Source of the DNA: an uncultured Micavibrio sp.
GTDB taxonomy: Bacteria; Patescibacteriota; Minisyncoccia; Moranbacterales; GCA-2747515
Length of the DNA stretch: 64,000 bases
Direction: 5' to 3'
Assembly: GCA_964534895.1 (NCBI GenBank)
Contig: CAZHQB010000001.1
Coordinates: 561-64,560, forward strand
Shown here: positions 41,801 through 52,744 of the stretch, one piece after another
Layout of the letters: each line of letters opens with the position of its first letter
How positions within the stretch are numbered: the first letter of the stretch is position 1
Translations under genes and position numbers: made by a program
The notes under the pieces: generated by a model
What the model saw: only the letters and a program-made list of their open reading frames with translations
The model's database searches: none
What the model was told of the DNA's origin: nothing

Positions 41801-42853
41801 ATGAGTTTGCAGGTAGGTATAGTTGGTCTTCCAAATGTTGGAAAATCAACGCTCTTTAAAGCGTTGACAAGTAATTCAGTAGACATAAATAATTATCCGT
41901 TTTGTACAATTGAGCCAAATGTTGGGATTGTGGAAGTGCCCGATGAAAGATTGAGAAAATTGGCAGAAATGTCTAAGTCTCAAAAGATTGTGCCGGCCGT
42001 AGTTGAATTTTTAGATATTGCAGGATTAGTTAAAGGAGCTTCAAAAGGAGAGGGTTTAGGAAATAAATTTTTGGCTAATATTCGCAGTGTGGATGCTATC
42101 GCACAAGTTGTTAGAGTTTTTAAAAATGATGATATTACACATGTTCATAACTCTATTGATCCACTCAGAGATATTGAAATAATTGAGACAGAACTCATAC
42201 TTGCTGATATAGTTACAGTTGATAAGACGATTATAAGATTAGAAAAGAAAGTGCGTAGTAATGATAAAAATGCAACTGTTCAGATAAATATTGTAAAAAG
42301 TATACAAAAAGCATTAGATAAAGGAACTTTAGCGAGTAGTGTTGATATAGATATGACAGATGAATCGATTAAGCAAATCATAACAGAAATGAGTTTACTT
42401 ACAATGAAGCCAATCATATATATTTATAATGTGATTAATGTAGATGATAAATTAAATGATAAGTTGGAATTACGACCACATGTAAAATTAGATATTAAAA
42501 TTGAGGAAGAATTGATGGATATAAATTTGCAAGAAGCTGAGGAATTGGGTGTGAAATCATATCTGGATACTCTAATTGTTGAAGCATTTAAATTATTAGG
42601 ACTTCAAACATTTCTCACAACTGGTGAGGCTGAAACACGTGCGTGGACAATTAAGAGAGGTTCTACAGCTCCAGAGGCAGGCGCGGTAATTCACAATGAC
42701 TTTAAAGATGCATTTATAAAAGCTGATGTTATAAATTGGCAAAAACTTCTTAGTGCAGGAAGTTGGAGTATGGCTCGCGAAAGTGGTACAATAAAAACAG
42801 TTGGAAAAGATTATGTCATACAAGATGGCGATGTGGTAGAATTTAAAGTGTAG
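41801..42853 (+). CDS. ychF: Ribosome-binding ATPase YchF (Obg-family GTPase with a TGS domain)
   Basis: G1 motif [15 protein letters not shown]3 motif DIAGLV and a C-terminal TGS domain. Confidence 0.95.
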   Translation: MSLQVGIVGLPNVGKSTLFKALTSNSVDINNYPFCTIEPNVGIVEVPDERLRKLAEMSKSQKIVPAVVEFLDIAGLVKGASKGEGLGNKFLANIRSVDAIAQVVRVFKNDDITHVHNSIDPLRDIEIIETELILADIVTVDKTIIRLEKKVRSNDKNATVQINIVKSIQKALDKGTLASSVDIDMTDESIKQIITEMSLLTMKPIIYIYNVINVDDKLNDKLELRPHVKLDIKIEEELMDINLQEAEELGVKSYLDTLIVEAFKLLGLQTFLTTGEAETRAWTIKRGSTAPEAGAVIHNDFKDAFIKADVINWQKLLSAGSWSMARESGTIKTVGKDYVIQDGDVVEFKV

Positions 42854-42866
42854 ATATTGATAGGTC

Positions 42867-42894
42867 TTGACAATGAATAAAGATTCGTTACAAT
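42867..42894 (+). promoter_or_regulatory. Sigma70-like promoter of groEL: TTGACA, 16-nt spacer, TACAAT
   Basis: Consensus -35 with a good -10. It sits immediately upstream of the CIRCE element. Confidence 0.5.
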
Positions 42895-42906
42895 GGAGAT
42901 ATAGAG

Positions 42907-42933
42907 TTAGCACTCACAGTGTGTGACTGCTAA
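42907..42933 (+). promoter_or_regulatory. CIRCE operator (HrcA binding site): TTAGCACTC-N9-GACTGCTAA
   Basis: There is one mismatch to the consensus TTAGCACTC-N9-GAGTGCTAA. It lies between the promoter and the groEL start, as in canonical heat-shock operons. Confidence 0.8.
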
Positions 42934-42966
42934 TATATAATGTGTAATTTATTAATTATATTAGAT

Positions 42967-44634
42967 ATGACAAAGCAAATAGAATTTGGAGCAGATGCTC
43001 GTAAAAAGGTTGTAGCTGGAATTGATACAGTTGCAAATGCAGTAAAAACTACAATTGGTCCTAAGGGACGAAATGTTGTTTTGGATAGTGGTTTTGGTGC
43101 ACCAACAGTTACAAATGATGGTGTTTCCATAGCAAAAGATATAGAACTTAGTGATAAGTTTGAAAATATTGGAGCAGAACTTATTAAAGAAGTTGCAGAT
43201 AAAACTAATGATGCAGCAGGAGATGGTACAACTACATCAACAATTATGATGCAAGCAATTGTATCAGAGGGTCTTAAGTTTGTGGAGACTGGGATTAATC
43301 CAGTTGGAATTCGTAAAGGATTGGAGACAGCAAAAAATGATGTTGTTGAATTATTGCAAAAAAATTCAAAACGTGTTAGCTCAAAGGAAGAGATTGCACA
43401 GGTTGCAACTATTAGTGCTGAAAATTCTGAAATGGGTGAAATGATTGCAAATGTGATGGAGCTGGTAGGTAAAGATGGCGTTATCACGGTAGAGGAGTCA
43501 CAGACAGTAGGTTTGTCACATGATATTGTTGATGGTATGCAGTTTGACAAAGGTTATGTATCGCCATATATGATTACAGACGCAGAATCTCGTAAGGCTG
43601 AAATAAAAGACCCTGCGATTCTCATTACAGATAAAAAAATCTCAGCGATTAATGATATTTTGCCGTTACTTGAGAAAATTGCTCAGAGTGGGAAAAAAGA
43701 CCTTGTAATTATATGTGAAGATTTGGAAGGAGAAGCTCTTGCAACGCTTGTTGTAAATAAGCTTAGAGGTACAATGAATGTACTGGCTGTAAAAGCTCCA
43801 GAGTTTGGTGATACTCGTAAAGATGTGTTGGATGATATTGCAATTGTAACAGGTGCAACAGTGATTTCGGAAGAAAAAGGAATGACTATGGAAAATGTTG
43901 ATTTGGACGTGTTAGGCTCAGCTGCAAAAGTTGTTTCAACAAATGATAATACAACGATTGTTGATGGAAGGGGCGTAAAAAAAGCGATAAAAGAACGAGC
44001 AGAACAAATTGCACGACAAATTGAAATAGAGGATTCTAGTTATGAACAAGAGAAATTGCAAAAACGTGTTGCGAAACTTTCAGGTGGTGTGGCAGTTATT
44101 CGTGCTGGAGCAGCAACTGAAACTGAGATGAGTTATGTGAGACATAAACTAGAAGATGCTCTTGCAGCGACAAAAGCAGCCGTAGAAGAAGGTGTTGTTG
44201 CTGGGGGTGGTACAGCTTTAGCAAAAGCTAGCATATTGCTTTCTGTTGATGAAAATTTTGATAATGAATTTCGTGCGGGATATAAGGCACTACTCAATGC
44301 TTTATCAGCACCACTTAAACAAATTGCAATGAATGCAGGTGAACGTGATGCAGCTGTTGTTTTGAATGCAGTAATAGAAGGAAAAGGGAAAAATTTTGGA
44401 TACAATGCTCTAACAGATAGTTACGAAGAAGATATGATAAAGGCTGGTATTATTGATCCTTTAAAAGTTACGCGTACTGCAATTGAAAATGCTGTGAGCG
44501 TTGCTTCAATGTTGCTTACAACAGAAGTTGTGATTACGGATGAACCAAAAGAAGAAGCTGGAGCAGATGCTGCAGCCGCAGCAATGGGAGGAATGGGCGG
44601 AGGAATGCCTGCTGGGATGGGTGGAATGATGTAA
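42967..44634 (+). CDS. groL: Chaperonin GroEL (60 kDa)
   Basis: Motif AAGDGTTTSTIMMQAIVSEG and the C-terminal tail GGMGGGMPAGMGGMM. The ATG at 42967 is preferred. No groES lies upstream. Confidence 0.97.
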   Translation: MTKQIEFGADARKKVVAGIDTVANAVKTTIGPKGRNVVLDSGFGAPTVTNDGVSIAKDIELSDKFENIGAELIKEVADKTNDAAGDGTTTSTIMMQAIVSEGLKFVETGINPVGIRKGLETAKNDVVELLQKNSKRVSSKEEIAQVATISAENSEMGEMIANVMELVGKDGVITVEESQTVGLSHDIVDGMQFDKGYVSPYMITDAESRKAEIKDPAILITDKKISAINDILPLLEKIAQSGKKDLVIICEDLEGEALATLVVNKLRGTMNVLAVKAPEFGDTRKDVLDDIAIVTGATVISEEKGMTMENVDLDVLGSAAKVVSTNDNTTIVDGRGVKKAIKERAEQIARQIEIEDSSYEQEKLQKRVAKLSGGVAVIRAGAATETEMSYVRHKLEDALAATKAAVEEGVVAGGGTALAKASILLSVDENFDNEFRAGYKALLNALSAPLKQIAMNAGERDAAVVLNAVIEGKGKNFGYNALTDSYEEDMIKAGIIDPLKVTRTAIENAVSVASMLLTTEVVITDEPKEEAGADAAAAAMGGMGGGMPAGMGGMM

Positions 44635-44671
44635 AAACTGGTAAAGATGTTTTTGTGGGATTATCAATAAA

Positions 44672-44701
44672 AGTGGACTTGTAGGAGTTCACTTTTTATT
44701 T
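44672..44701 (+). terminator. Rho-independent terminator after groEL
   Basis: Stem AGTGGAC / GTTCACT (one G.U pair), an 8-nt loop, then TTTTTATTT. Confidence 0.5.
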
Positions 44702-44867
44702 GGTGAATATTTTTTGTAATATAAAAATTATCAAAAAGTTTAAAGAGATAATTTATATTTAATTTTAAAATTATTTATTTTAAATAAGATAAGGTTTTAT
44801 ATTTGGTGTGTTTGGTTTCTTTCTATTTTGATGATATAATAAAATAGAAATACAAAAATAAAAAAAC

Positions 44868-46598
44868 ATGAAGATAGATAATACACAATTATACAATTAT
44901 TTAATAGAAAATAATATTGCTGATAAGAGTGTTATCACTCCTATTTTTATTCGTGTACAGAAAGAAAATGTGCAGCTTTGTAGTCTTCTGAAAGAAAAAG
45001 GAATACTCAATGAATTAGAATGCACAAAAGCAATTGCTGCATCTTTGGGGTATCCATTTATTGATTTGACAAAAGAAAAAATTAGTGAGGAGATTTTGAA
45101 TGTTATTCCAGAACAAGTTGCAAAAAAATCTGAAGTTATTGTTTTTGACAGAGATGTGGACACTCTAAAGGTTGCAATGAAAAATCCAGATGATATGCAG
45201 ATGATTGATTTTTTGAAGAAAAAAACAAATTTGGATATTATGCCGTATGTAACAACAAATGATAGTATTAAAATAGCGCTTAAACAATATACAAAAAGTT
45301 TAAAAGCAGAATTTAGTGGAATAATAGATGATGAAGATGATATTGATGCAGGGCAAGGTAAAGATTTAATGAAAATGGCAGAGGATTTGCCGATTGTACG
45401 TATTGTTGATACTTTAATAAAACATGCAATATTGGAGGGAGCATCTGATATACATATTGAACCACAAGAGAAAAATATTATGGTTCGTTATCGAGTTGAT
45501 GGTATTTTAAGGCAAGCTATGATTTTACCAAAAACTGCTCTGCCTGGTATTATTGCACGTATCAAAGTTCTATCTAATTTAAAATTGGATGAACATAGAT
45601 TACCACAAGATGGTAGATTTAAAATTGAAAATGATGAGCATAAAATTTCATTTCGTGTAAGTATTTTACCAGTTTTTGACGGAGAAAAAATTGTGATGCG
45701 ACTTTTGGATGAGTCATCAGCAGGTTTAACATTAGAAAAGATGGGTCTACAAGGCGAAGCACTTGAAGCGATTCAAAGAGAAATCCGTAAACCGAATGGT
45801 ATGGTTCTTGTCACTGGTCCGACTGGCTCTGGTAAGACGACAACTTTATATACGATTGTAGATATTTTAAATTCTCCAGAAGTGAATATTTCCACGGTAG
45901 AAGATCCTGTAGAATATAGAATGGACAGCATTAATCAAACTCAAGTGCATTCAAAAATTGGTATGACGTTTGCTGCAGGACTTAGATCGTTATTACGTCA
46001 AGACCCAGATATTATTATGGTAGGTGAGATTCGAGATAAAGAAACACTTGAAATTGCAATTCATGCAGCTATGACTGGTCATTTAGTTCTTTCAACATTG
46101 CATACGAACTCTGCTGCAGGAGCTATTCCACGTATGGTGGATATGGGTGTGGAGCCATTTCTCATTGCTTCTACAGCAAATATTGTAGTAGGACAACGAT
46201 TGGTTCGTAAGCTTTGTGTAGAATGTCGAAAATCATATACATTAAATCAAAAAGAAGTAGATACATTGGCTAAAAATTATGAAATTGATGTGATATTGAA
46301 AACATTATATAAGATGGGTGGGCTTAAGAGTGGTACAAAATGGACAGAAATTAAATTATTTAAACCTGGGGGTTGTCAACAATGCAATGGTAGTGGGTAC
46401 AAAGGAAGAGGTGGTATTTATGAGGTTTTTGAAATTACAGAAGATATTGAAAAATTAATAACACAAAATGCAACATCAGATATGATGGAAAAGAAGGCTC
46501 GTGAAGACGGCATGGTAACGATGGTGGAAGATGGATTTTTCAAGGTTGTTCAAGGTATAACAAGTATAGAGGAGGTGATGAGAGTAACTCAAGAATAA
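44868..46598 (+). CDS. pilB: Type IV pilus assembly ATPase PilB (GspE family)
   Basis: N-terminal T2SSE_N domain, Walker A GPTGSGKTT, Asp/His boxes, Walker B and a CxxC...CxxC tetracysteine motif. Confidence 0.9.
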   Translation: MKIDNTQLYNYLIENNIADKSVITPIFIRVQKENVQLCSLLKEKGILNELECTKAIAASLGYPFIDLTKEKISEEILNVIPEQVAKKSEVIVFDRDVDTLKVAMKNPDDMQMIDFLKKKTNLDIMPYVTTNDSIKIALKQYTKSLKAEFSGIIDDEDDIDAGQGKDLMKMAEDLPIVRIVDTLIKHAILEGASDIHIEPQEKNIMVRYRVDGILRQAMILPKTALPGIIARIKVLSNLKLDEHRLPQDGRFKIENDEHKISFRVSILPVFDGEKIVMRLLDESSAGLTLEKMGLQGEALEAIQREIRKPNGMVLVTGPTGSGKTTTLYTIVDILNSPEVNISTVEDPVEYRMDSINQTQVHSKIGMTFAAGLRSLLRQDPDIIMVGEIRDKETLEIAIHAAMTGHLVLSTLHTNSAAGAIPRMVDMGVEPFLIASTANIVVGQRLVRKLCVECRKSYTLNQKEVDTLAKNYEIDVILKTLYKMGGLKSGTKWTEIKLFKPGGCQQCNGSGYKGRGGIYEVFEITEDIEKLITQNATSDMMEKKAREDGMVTMVEDGFFKVVQGITSIEEVMRVTQE

Positions 46599-46619
46599 AT
46601 TTTATATGTAAATTAAAAT

Positions 46620-47837
46620 ATGCCAAAATATTTATATACATCAAAAAATATAAATGGTACTCCGCGTTCTGGAGAAATGGATGCTACAAATGAAAGAGAC
46701 TTAGCAATGCAATTGCGAAGTGAAGGATTTGTCGTAACTAGTATAGAACGTGTGAAAGAAAAAGATGAAAAGATAAATATAAAGATACTTGATCGATTAA
46801 ATGGAGTTAGTTTGAAAGAAAAATTATTTTTTACACGAAATCTGAGCGTGATGATTTCATCAGGTTTGACAATTGCAAGAGCGTTATCAAATTTAAGTGT
46901 ACAAACAAAAAATAAACATTTTAAAGAAGTATTAGAAAAAATTTATAAAGACGTACAAAAGGGTACAGTATTTAGTGATGCACTTGCAAAATATCCAGCG
47001 ATTTTTAATGATTTATTTGTAAATATGGTTAGAGTTGGGGAGATTGGTGGAACTTTGGATGAATCATTGAATATCATTACTGTTCAAATGGAAAAGGAAC
47101 ATGAGCTAAAGTCAAAAGTTCGTGGAGCTATGATTTATCCAGCTGTAATCGTATTTGCTATGTGTGTAGTTGGTATTATTATGCTTACATATATTTTGCC
47201 ACAAATCCTTGGTGTATTTGGAGATATGGAAGTTGAATTACCTGTAACAACCATGTTTATTATTGGATTAAGTAATATATTGAAAAACCATGGGTTATTA
47301 ATAGGAATTATGTTGGTTGGTAGTGGAATTTTTCTTAAAATATTATTATCTACAAATATTGGGCAAAAAGCTGGTAGTTTTGTGTTATTAAAAACTCCAA
47401 TTTTAAAAAATATTGTTACCAAAGTAAATTGTGCTAGATTTGCACGAATATATGGTTCATTATTACATAGTGGTGTATCGGTAATTGATGCACTTGAGAT
47501 TGTTGCCAATACACTTACGAATACATTTTTTAAGGAAGCAATTATGGAAGGTCGTAATAAGATTCAACGTGGTGTTAATTTATCAAGTGTAATTGCTGAA
47601 TATCCTGATATATTTCCAGTAATTGTAGCCCAGATGATAGGCGTTGGAGAAGAAACTGGTAAAACAGAAGATATGATGGAAAAACTAGCTGAATTTTATG
47701 AGGAAGAAGTAAATCAAATTACAAAAAATCTTTCATCAATTATTGAACCTGTGCTTATGCTGGTGATTGGTGCGGCAGTTGGTTTTTTTGCTGTAGCTAT
47801 GCTTACTCCAATGTATAGTGTGCTTGAAAATATATAA
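46620..47837 (+). CDS. pilC: Type IV pilus platform protein PilC (GspF family)
   Basis: Two T2SSF repeats and three TM helices. 405 aa. Confidence 0.9.
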   Translation: MPKYLYTSKNINGTPRSGEMDATNERDLAMQLRSEGFVVTSIERVKEKDEKINIKILDRLNGVSLKEKLFFTRNLSVMISSGLTIARALSNLSVQTKNKHFKEVLEKIYKDVQKGTVFSDALAKYPAIFNDLFVNMVRVGEIGGTLDESLNIITVQMEKEHELKSKVRGAMIYPAVIVFAMCVVGIIMLTYILPQILGVFGDMEVELPVTTMFIIGLSNILKNHGLLIGIMLVGSGIFLKILLSTNIGQKAGSFVLLKTPILKNIVTKVNCARFARIYGSLLHSGVSVIDALEIVANTLTNTFFKEAIMEGRNKIQRGVNLSSVIAEYPDIFPVIVAQMIGVGEETGKTEDMMEKLAEFYEEEVNQITKNLSSIIEPVLMLVIGAAVGFFAVAMLTPMYSVLENI

Positions 47838-47847
47838 TAAAAAATTT

Positions 47848-49371
47848 ATGATATATAATAAAAAAAGAGGATTTACGCTTATTGAAGGATTAGTAGCTCT
47901 TGCTGTTTTTACTCTTCTAGTTGTTACTTTTTATAAAATATTTGCACAAACAATGATTCATATGCAAAATTCAAAGTATCGTCGTGGTGCAGTTGCTCTT
48001 GCAAATGAGCGGATGGAGCAATTTAGAAATCTTGCATATGATAATATAGCTACAAAAGCAAATGCTCCAATTGGTGATATTGAAGATGATGAGGTAGTGA
48101 CTGTAAATGGATTAGTGTATCGTATTATAACAACAGTCTTTTTTGTAGATGATCCTGCTGACGGAGTTGCCCCAACGGATACTAGATATGAAGATTATAA
48201 GCGTGTTAGCGTTGTAGTTGTTTGGGGCCAAGCTACAAGTAATATGATATCAAAAGCAAATGCTATTCAAGATGCTAAATATGAATCAAAGCGCATTACT
48301 CTTGTTTCACAATTTGTTCCACCAGGAGGTTTAGAAGCATTGCCTACAGGCGGTATTCTTTCTATAAATGTACTTAATATGGGTGTGGAACCAGTGGAGC
48401 CGGTAGAGGGAGCTATAGTGTCTATCATTGACAATGAGTGTGGTACAAGTGGACATCCAGATTGTGACAGCTCTACGATAACGGGAATTACCGATGCAAC
48501 TGGAAATTATATGTATATAGGAGCTCCAATTTGCACAGCATGTTATGAGATAAGTGTTACAAAAAGTAGTTTTGAAGCTCGTAAAACATTAAATCCATTT
48601 TCAGGAGATGATGGTGTAGATCCTTATGAAGAAGGCGAGTATGAGCCGACATATGCACATCAAGGTGTGTCAGCTGGAAATATTACAACAGCTACATTTA
48701 ATACAAATAAATTATCACAATTAAATATAATATCTCAAGATCCATTTGGTAATCTTATACCAGAAGTTAAATTTGATATAAAAGGCGGTTTTATATCTGG
48801 CACTACGGTTGGAGGAGAGACTTCTAGTGTATATAATTTTTATGCAACTAACAAAATAACGGATACAACAAATGCAGACATTGATATTTATTCTACGTCA
48901 GATGCACTTAATGGTGATTATACAAATATTGGTGTCTATGCAATTGATAATATAGTGTTACCTAACGGATTTTCTGACTATACTTTTTGGAAAGTAGATA
49001 TAAATGATGAAATAAACCCACATAATATAGCTGTTGTTGCAGATACAGATTTATCTGCAAAAATGATTTTCATAGATAATAATTATGATAGTGCATTTAT
49101 TCGTATAGTAGAAACAATCAACGGAGAATCAGTTCCTGTCAAGGATGCTAGCGTTAGATTAGAAAATACTAATCTTAATCCTGCATACGATGTAACATTA
49201 ATAACTGACGAGTTTGGTTATGTTTATTTTCCAGAAAATACTACAAATACATTAGTTAATGAGGAGACATATAATATAACAGTTACTGCAGATGATTATA
49301 ATGAAAAAACAGATACTATAGAAATAGATAAATTAACGCAAAAAGAAATAACAATAACATTAAGTTCATGA
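47848..49371 (+). CDS. Large pilin-like protein with a prepilin class-III signal (G|FTLIEG)
   Basis: The ATG at 47848 gives MIYNKKRGFTLIEGLVALAVFTLLV, the N-terminal methylation/cleavage motif. It is followed by about 480 aa of Thr/Asn/Asp-rich extracellular domain. Confidence 0.7.
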   Translation: MIYNKKRGFTLIEGLVALAVFTLLVVTFYKIFAQTMIHMQNSKYRRGAVALANERMEQFRNLAYDNIATKANAPIGDIEDDEVVTVNGLVYRIITTVFFVDDPADGVAPTDTRYEDYKRVSVVVVWGQATSNMISKANAIQDAKYESKRITLVSQFVPPGGLEALPTGGILSINVLNMGVEPVEPVEGAIVSIIDNECGTSGHPDCDSSTITGITDATGNYMYIGAPICTACYEISVTKSSFEARKTLNPFSGDDGVDPYEEGEYEPTYAHQGVSAGNITTATFNTNKLSQLNIISQDPFGNLIPEVKFDIKGGFISGTTVGGETSSVYNFYATNKITDTTNADIDIYSTSDALNGDYTNIGVYAIDNIVLPNGFSDYTFWKVDINDEINPHNIAVVADTDLSAKMIFIDNNYDSAFIRIVETINGESVPVKDASVRLENTNLNPAYDVTLITDEFGYVYFPENTTNTLVNEETYNITVTADDYNEKTDTIEIDKLTQKEITITLSS

Positions 49372-50018
49372 TAAAAAAAACATATAAAGGTGTAACTTTT
49401 GTAGAAATGATTGTTACAATTGCAATAACATCAATAGTAATGATAGGAACCTCGTTATTTTTTGTAAGGATGTGGACAACACATCATTTTGTATTTAAAA
49501 GTGGTATAGCTTCTTTTATAGCTAGTAGAGCTGTTGAAGATGCAATTAATACGATGCGTAAAGCACAACAAGCACAGAATGGAGCTTTTCCAATTGTTAT
49601 AGCAAATGATCATGAATTTGAATTTTATGCAGATATTGACAATGATAGTGTCGTTGAAAAAGTTAAATATTTTGTAGAAGATAGCATTTTTAAAAGAGAA
49701 GTTGTTGAACCAGGTGATGATATGCCACCAATATATAATGGTAATACAATAGTTCAAGATATAGCAAAAAATGTAAGAAATGATATTGTGTCTGGTGAAT
49801 CTATATTTGAATATTATGGTATCAATGGTAAGATATATAAGCATGAGGATATAAAAAATAAAACTTTGACCATGCCAATTATACCAGCTGATATTCGTAT
49901 GGTAAAAATTGTCTTATATATTAATCCTGAACCAATTTTTCGTTCCCCAGATAATATAAAAATTCAATCATTTGCTGTTGTTAGGAATTTAACGGAATTT
50001 GATGATATACCAACTTAA
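49368..50018 (+). CDS. Minor pilin / pseudopilin (prepilin-type N-terminus KG|VTFVEM)
   Basis: MIKKTYKGVTFVEMIVTIAITSIVMIG, with Glu at +5 after Gly. 216 aa. Confidence 0.7.
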   Translation: MIKKTYKGVTFVEMIVTIAITSIVMIGTSLFFVRMWTTHHFVFKSGIASFIASRAVEDAINTMRKAQQAQNGAFPIVIANDHEFEFYADIDNDSVVEKVKYFVEDSIFKREVVEPGDDMPPIYNGNTIVQDIAKNVRNDIVSGESIFEYYGINGKIYKHEDIKNKTLTMPIIPADIRMVKIVLYINPEPIFRSPDNIKIQSFAVVRNLTEFDDIPT

Positions 50019-50042
50019 GATTTTTTAAATTTGTTTGATAAA

Positions 50043-51638
50043 ATGAAATGTAAATATTATAGTAAAAAAGGAACAGCATTAGTATATGTGTTAACAGTAA
50101 TAGCAGCTGCTAGTGTCCTTTTTGCAGGCACAATTAAATTTGTAATTTCTCATGTGCGTTATGATACTACTCTTGAGCCAAAAACTCAGGCATTACATAT
50201 TGCAGAGGCAGGTGTTTATTTTTATAGGTGGTATTTAGCTCATAATATTGAAGGCAAAACAGCAAGTCAAATTGCAGCATTTTGGAATAATGATCCATTA
50301 GGAGTTGATGATAATGGTGATGATGATTGTGATGATGCTGATACTGCTGATGGTGATGGTGATGGTACAGAAGCTTATGTAGTAGATTATAAAGATGAAA
50401 GTAATAATATTATAGGACAATATAAAATTTGCGTTACGCCTCCGCAACTATATTCTACAGTAATTCATATTAAAGTAATAGGTAGTACTACTTCATCGGG
50501 TGTCACACAAAAACGTATAATAACTGCAAGGTTACGTAGGCCTTCTTGGAGCGAGTTTGCTATTTTAGCAAATGGTATGACTAGATTATCTGAAGGCACA
50601 GAAGTATATGGACCTATGCATGTTAATGGTGGTTTTCATTTTGATGGTGTTGCACATAATATAGTATCAAGTTCTGTAACAACTTATTATGATGGGGATG
50701 GAGATGTGCATGGCACAAGGCCTGGAGTTTGGGCATCAAAGAAACCAAGTAATCCAGGAAAAGATACTAGCGTAGATGAAGATGATAGTGAACATTTTCT
50801 TGCGGGTAAACAATTTCCAGTAGTAGCCCAAGATTTTAATAGTGTAACAGCGGATTTTGATGAGATGCGTCAAGCAGCTCAAAGTAAGATGGTATATGAT
50901 GAAAAAGATCATAAAAATATAGATTTATATTATGGCAGACAAGGTCAAGGTAGGTATATTGAATTTGGAGTACCTTCTGCTAATAAAATGCGAATTAGAA
51001 GAGTGAGAAATAATGGTGTAGATTGGACAACTTATGGTGTAACTAGAATTAATAATGGTGATACTGATATCTTTGATATTCCAGATGATGCTGTTATTTA
51101 TGTGAGGGATAATGTTTGGGTAAAAGGGACAATTCCAAATGGTAAAAAGATTACAATTGCTGCACATGATTCTGGGTGGCGTAGTCCAAAAATATTTTTA
51201 GGTGAAGATGATATTTTTTATGAAGATTATGAACATGATACTGTATTAGGCTTAGCGGCAGAAAATGATGTAGCATTTTTAATGAAAGCAGGGTTAAATG
51301 GTCATGAGGAAGGAGATATAAATGCATCGCATGGAAGTGATTATGAAATTTTGCACATTGATGCCGTTTTACTTTCACAAAAAGGAAGAGTCGGTTGGGG
51401 TTATGATAGAGATTTTCATAATTGGTCTGAACGTAATCAATGGCTAAATAAGGTAAAAGATACCATAGAATTATATGGTGCAATAGCTACTAATGAACGT
51501 ATGGGATTTGGATACACGAATGGGGCTGGATATGAACATAGAAACTTAATGTTTGATAATAATCTTTTGTATAGTCCGCCCCCACTTTTTCCGACGGGTA
51601 ATACATATGCAATCGATTTGTGGAATGAAATAAAATAA
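50043..51638 (+). CDS. Pilus-associated large protein (PilX/PilY-like?) with an N-terminal hydrophobic anchor and an acidic DG-rich tract
   Basis: The ATG at 50043 gives MKCKYYSKKGTALVYVLTVIAAASVLFAG, which lacks the Glu+5. It carries the tract DDNGDDDCDDADTADGDGDGT. It sits between the pilin genes and pilM. Confidence 0.45.
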   Translation: MKCKYYSKKGTALVYVLTVIAAASVLFAGTIKFVISHVRYDTTLEPKTQALHIAEAGVYFYRWYLAHNIEGKTASQIAAFWNNDPLGVDDNGDDDCDDADTADGDGDGTEAYVVDYKDESNNIIGQYKICVTPPQLYSTVIHIKVIGSTTSSGVTQKRIITARLRRPSWSEFAILANGMTRLSEGTEVYGPMHVNGGFHFDGVAHNIVSSSVTTYYDGDGDVHGTRPGVWASKKPSNPGKDTSVDEDDSEHFLAGKQFPVVAQDFNSVTADFDEMRQAAQSKMVYDEKDHKNIDLYYGRQGQGRYIEFGVPSANKMRIRRVRNNGVDWTTYGVTRINNGDTDIFDIPDDAVIYVRDNVWVKGTIPNGKKITIAAHDSGWRSPKIFLGEDDIFYEDYEHDTVLGLAAENDVAFLMKAGLNGHEEGDINASHGSDYEILHIDAVLLSQKGRVGWGYDRDFHNWSERNQWLNKVKDTIELYGAIATNERMGFGYTNGAGYEHRNLMFDNNLLYSPPPLFPTGNTYAIDLWNEIK

Positions 51639-51679
51639 ATATGTTATTATAGTATATAGATATATAAAAAGAAAAATAA

Positions 51680-52744
51680 ATGTCAATTTTTAATAAAAAA
51701 TTTATTGATCCGACACCTCCATATTTTGGATTGGATATTAGTGAACTTTCTATAAAAGTTTTACAAATGGCTCATAATAAGAAATATGATTATGTGTATG
51801 GTTTTGCGTCTGAAACAATTGCATCTGGTTTAATTGATAATGGTAATATTCAAAATGTTGATGCAGTAGTAAATGCAATTAAACGAGTACGTAAAAAAGC
51901 TGGTATTTCTACAAAAAATGTTATTTGTTCATTACCTGAATCAAAAGCATTTCTTAGAATTGTGACAATTCCACAAATGAAGGAAGAGGAAGTTGCAGAA
52001 GCAATAAAATGGGAAATAGAAGCTGCAATTCCATTATCTATTGATCAAGTATATTATGATTGGCAAGTATTGGATAAAAGACTTACAAAAGATAAAAGAC
52101 AAATTGATGTTATTATAGTCGCAGTATCAAAAGAATTTATAAATAGTTATATATATATATTAAAAAAAGCAGGACTCATAATGTACGGGTTTGAAATAGA
52201 ATCTGTTGCACAGTCAAATAGTTTACTTAGAGATAACGAAAAAGGTGTAACAACAATGATAATTGATATAGGAGATAGGAGTACGAGTTTTGTTGTTACA
52301 GTTGATAATATACCAGTATTTACCTCAAGTATTCCATTATCTTCTGAACTTATGACAAAGTCGATAGAACAAACATTTGGTATTACATATGACGAAGCAG
52401 AAAAAATTAAAATGATGTATGGTATTGGGTCTGTACTTAAAAATGATCATGTATTTCAAGCTACAAAATCTGTAGTAGAAAATTTTGTAACAGAAGCACA
52501 AAAATCAATTGATTTTTATTTGAAAAGTTTGACATATTCTGAAAATGTTGATCGTATTATAATGTGTGGTGGGGGAGCTCGTATGAAGGGAATTGCACCA
52601 TATTTATCTAGACGATTAGGACATAATATCGAACTAGGAGATCCGTGGGTTAATATGAATTTTAAAAATAGTATTCCGCCAATTAATAGAGATGAATCAT
52701 TGCAATATGCAACAGTAATTGGGTTAGCGACAAAAAAAATATGA
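51680..52744 (+). CDS. pilM: Type IV pilus assembly protein PilM (actin-like ATPase fold)
   Basis: Starts FGLDISELSIKVLQM and shows the actin-fold phosphate motifs. Its end overlaps the pilN start by ATGA. Confidence 0.85.
   Translation: MSIFNKKFIDPTPPYFGLDISELSIKVLQMAHNKKYDYVYGFASETIASGLIDNGNIQNVDAVVNAIKRVRKKAGISTKNVICSLPESKAFLRIVTIPQMKEEEVAEAIKWEIEAAIPLSIDQVYYDWQVLDKRLTKDKRQIDVIIVAVSKEFINSYIYILKKAGLIMYGFEIESVAQSNSLLRDNEKGVTTMIIDIGDRSTSFVVTVDNIPVFTSSIPLSSELMTKSIEQTFGITYDEAEKIKMMYGIGSVLKNDHVFQATKSVVENFVTEAQKSIDFYLKSLTYSENVDRIIMCGGGARMKGIAPYLSRRLGHNIELGDPWVNMNFKNSIPPINRDESLQYATVIGLATKKI

Noticed and set aside
42930-43550. 206-aa minus-strand ORF
   Set aside because: It lies entirely inside groEL on the opposite strand with a low-complexity Ser/Thr/Ile translation, so it is a shadow ORF. 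The same applies to 17642..18178 (-) inside scpB, 3343..3759 (-) inside ligA, 21198..21629 (-) inside pgk, 25000..25368 (-) inside the ftsA-like gene, 47135..47509 (-) inside pilC, 49455..49844 (-), 51151..51483 (-), 57802..58131 (-) and 63617..63874 (-).
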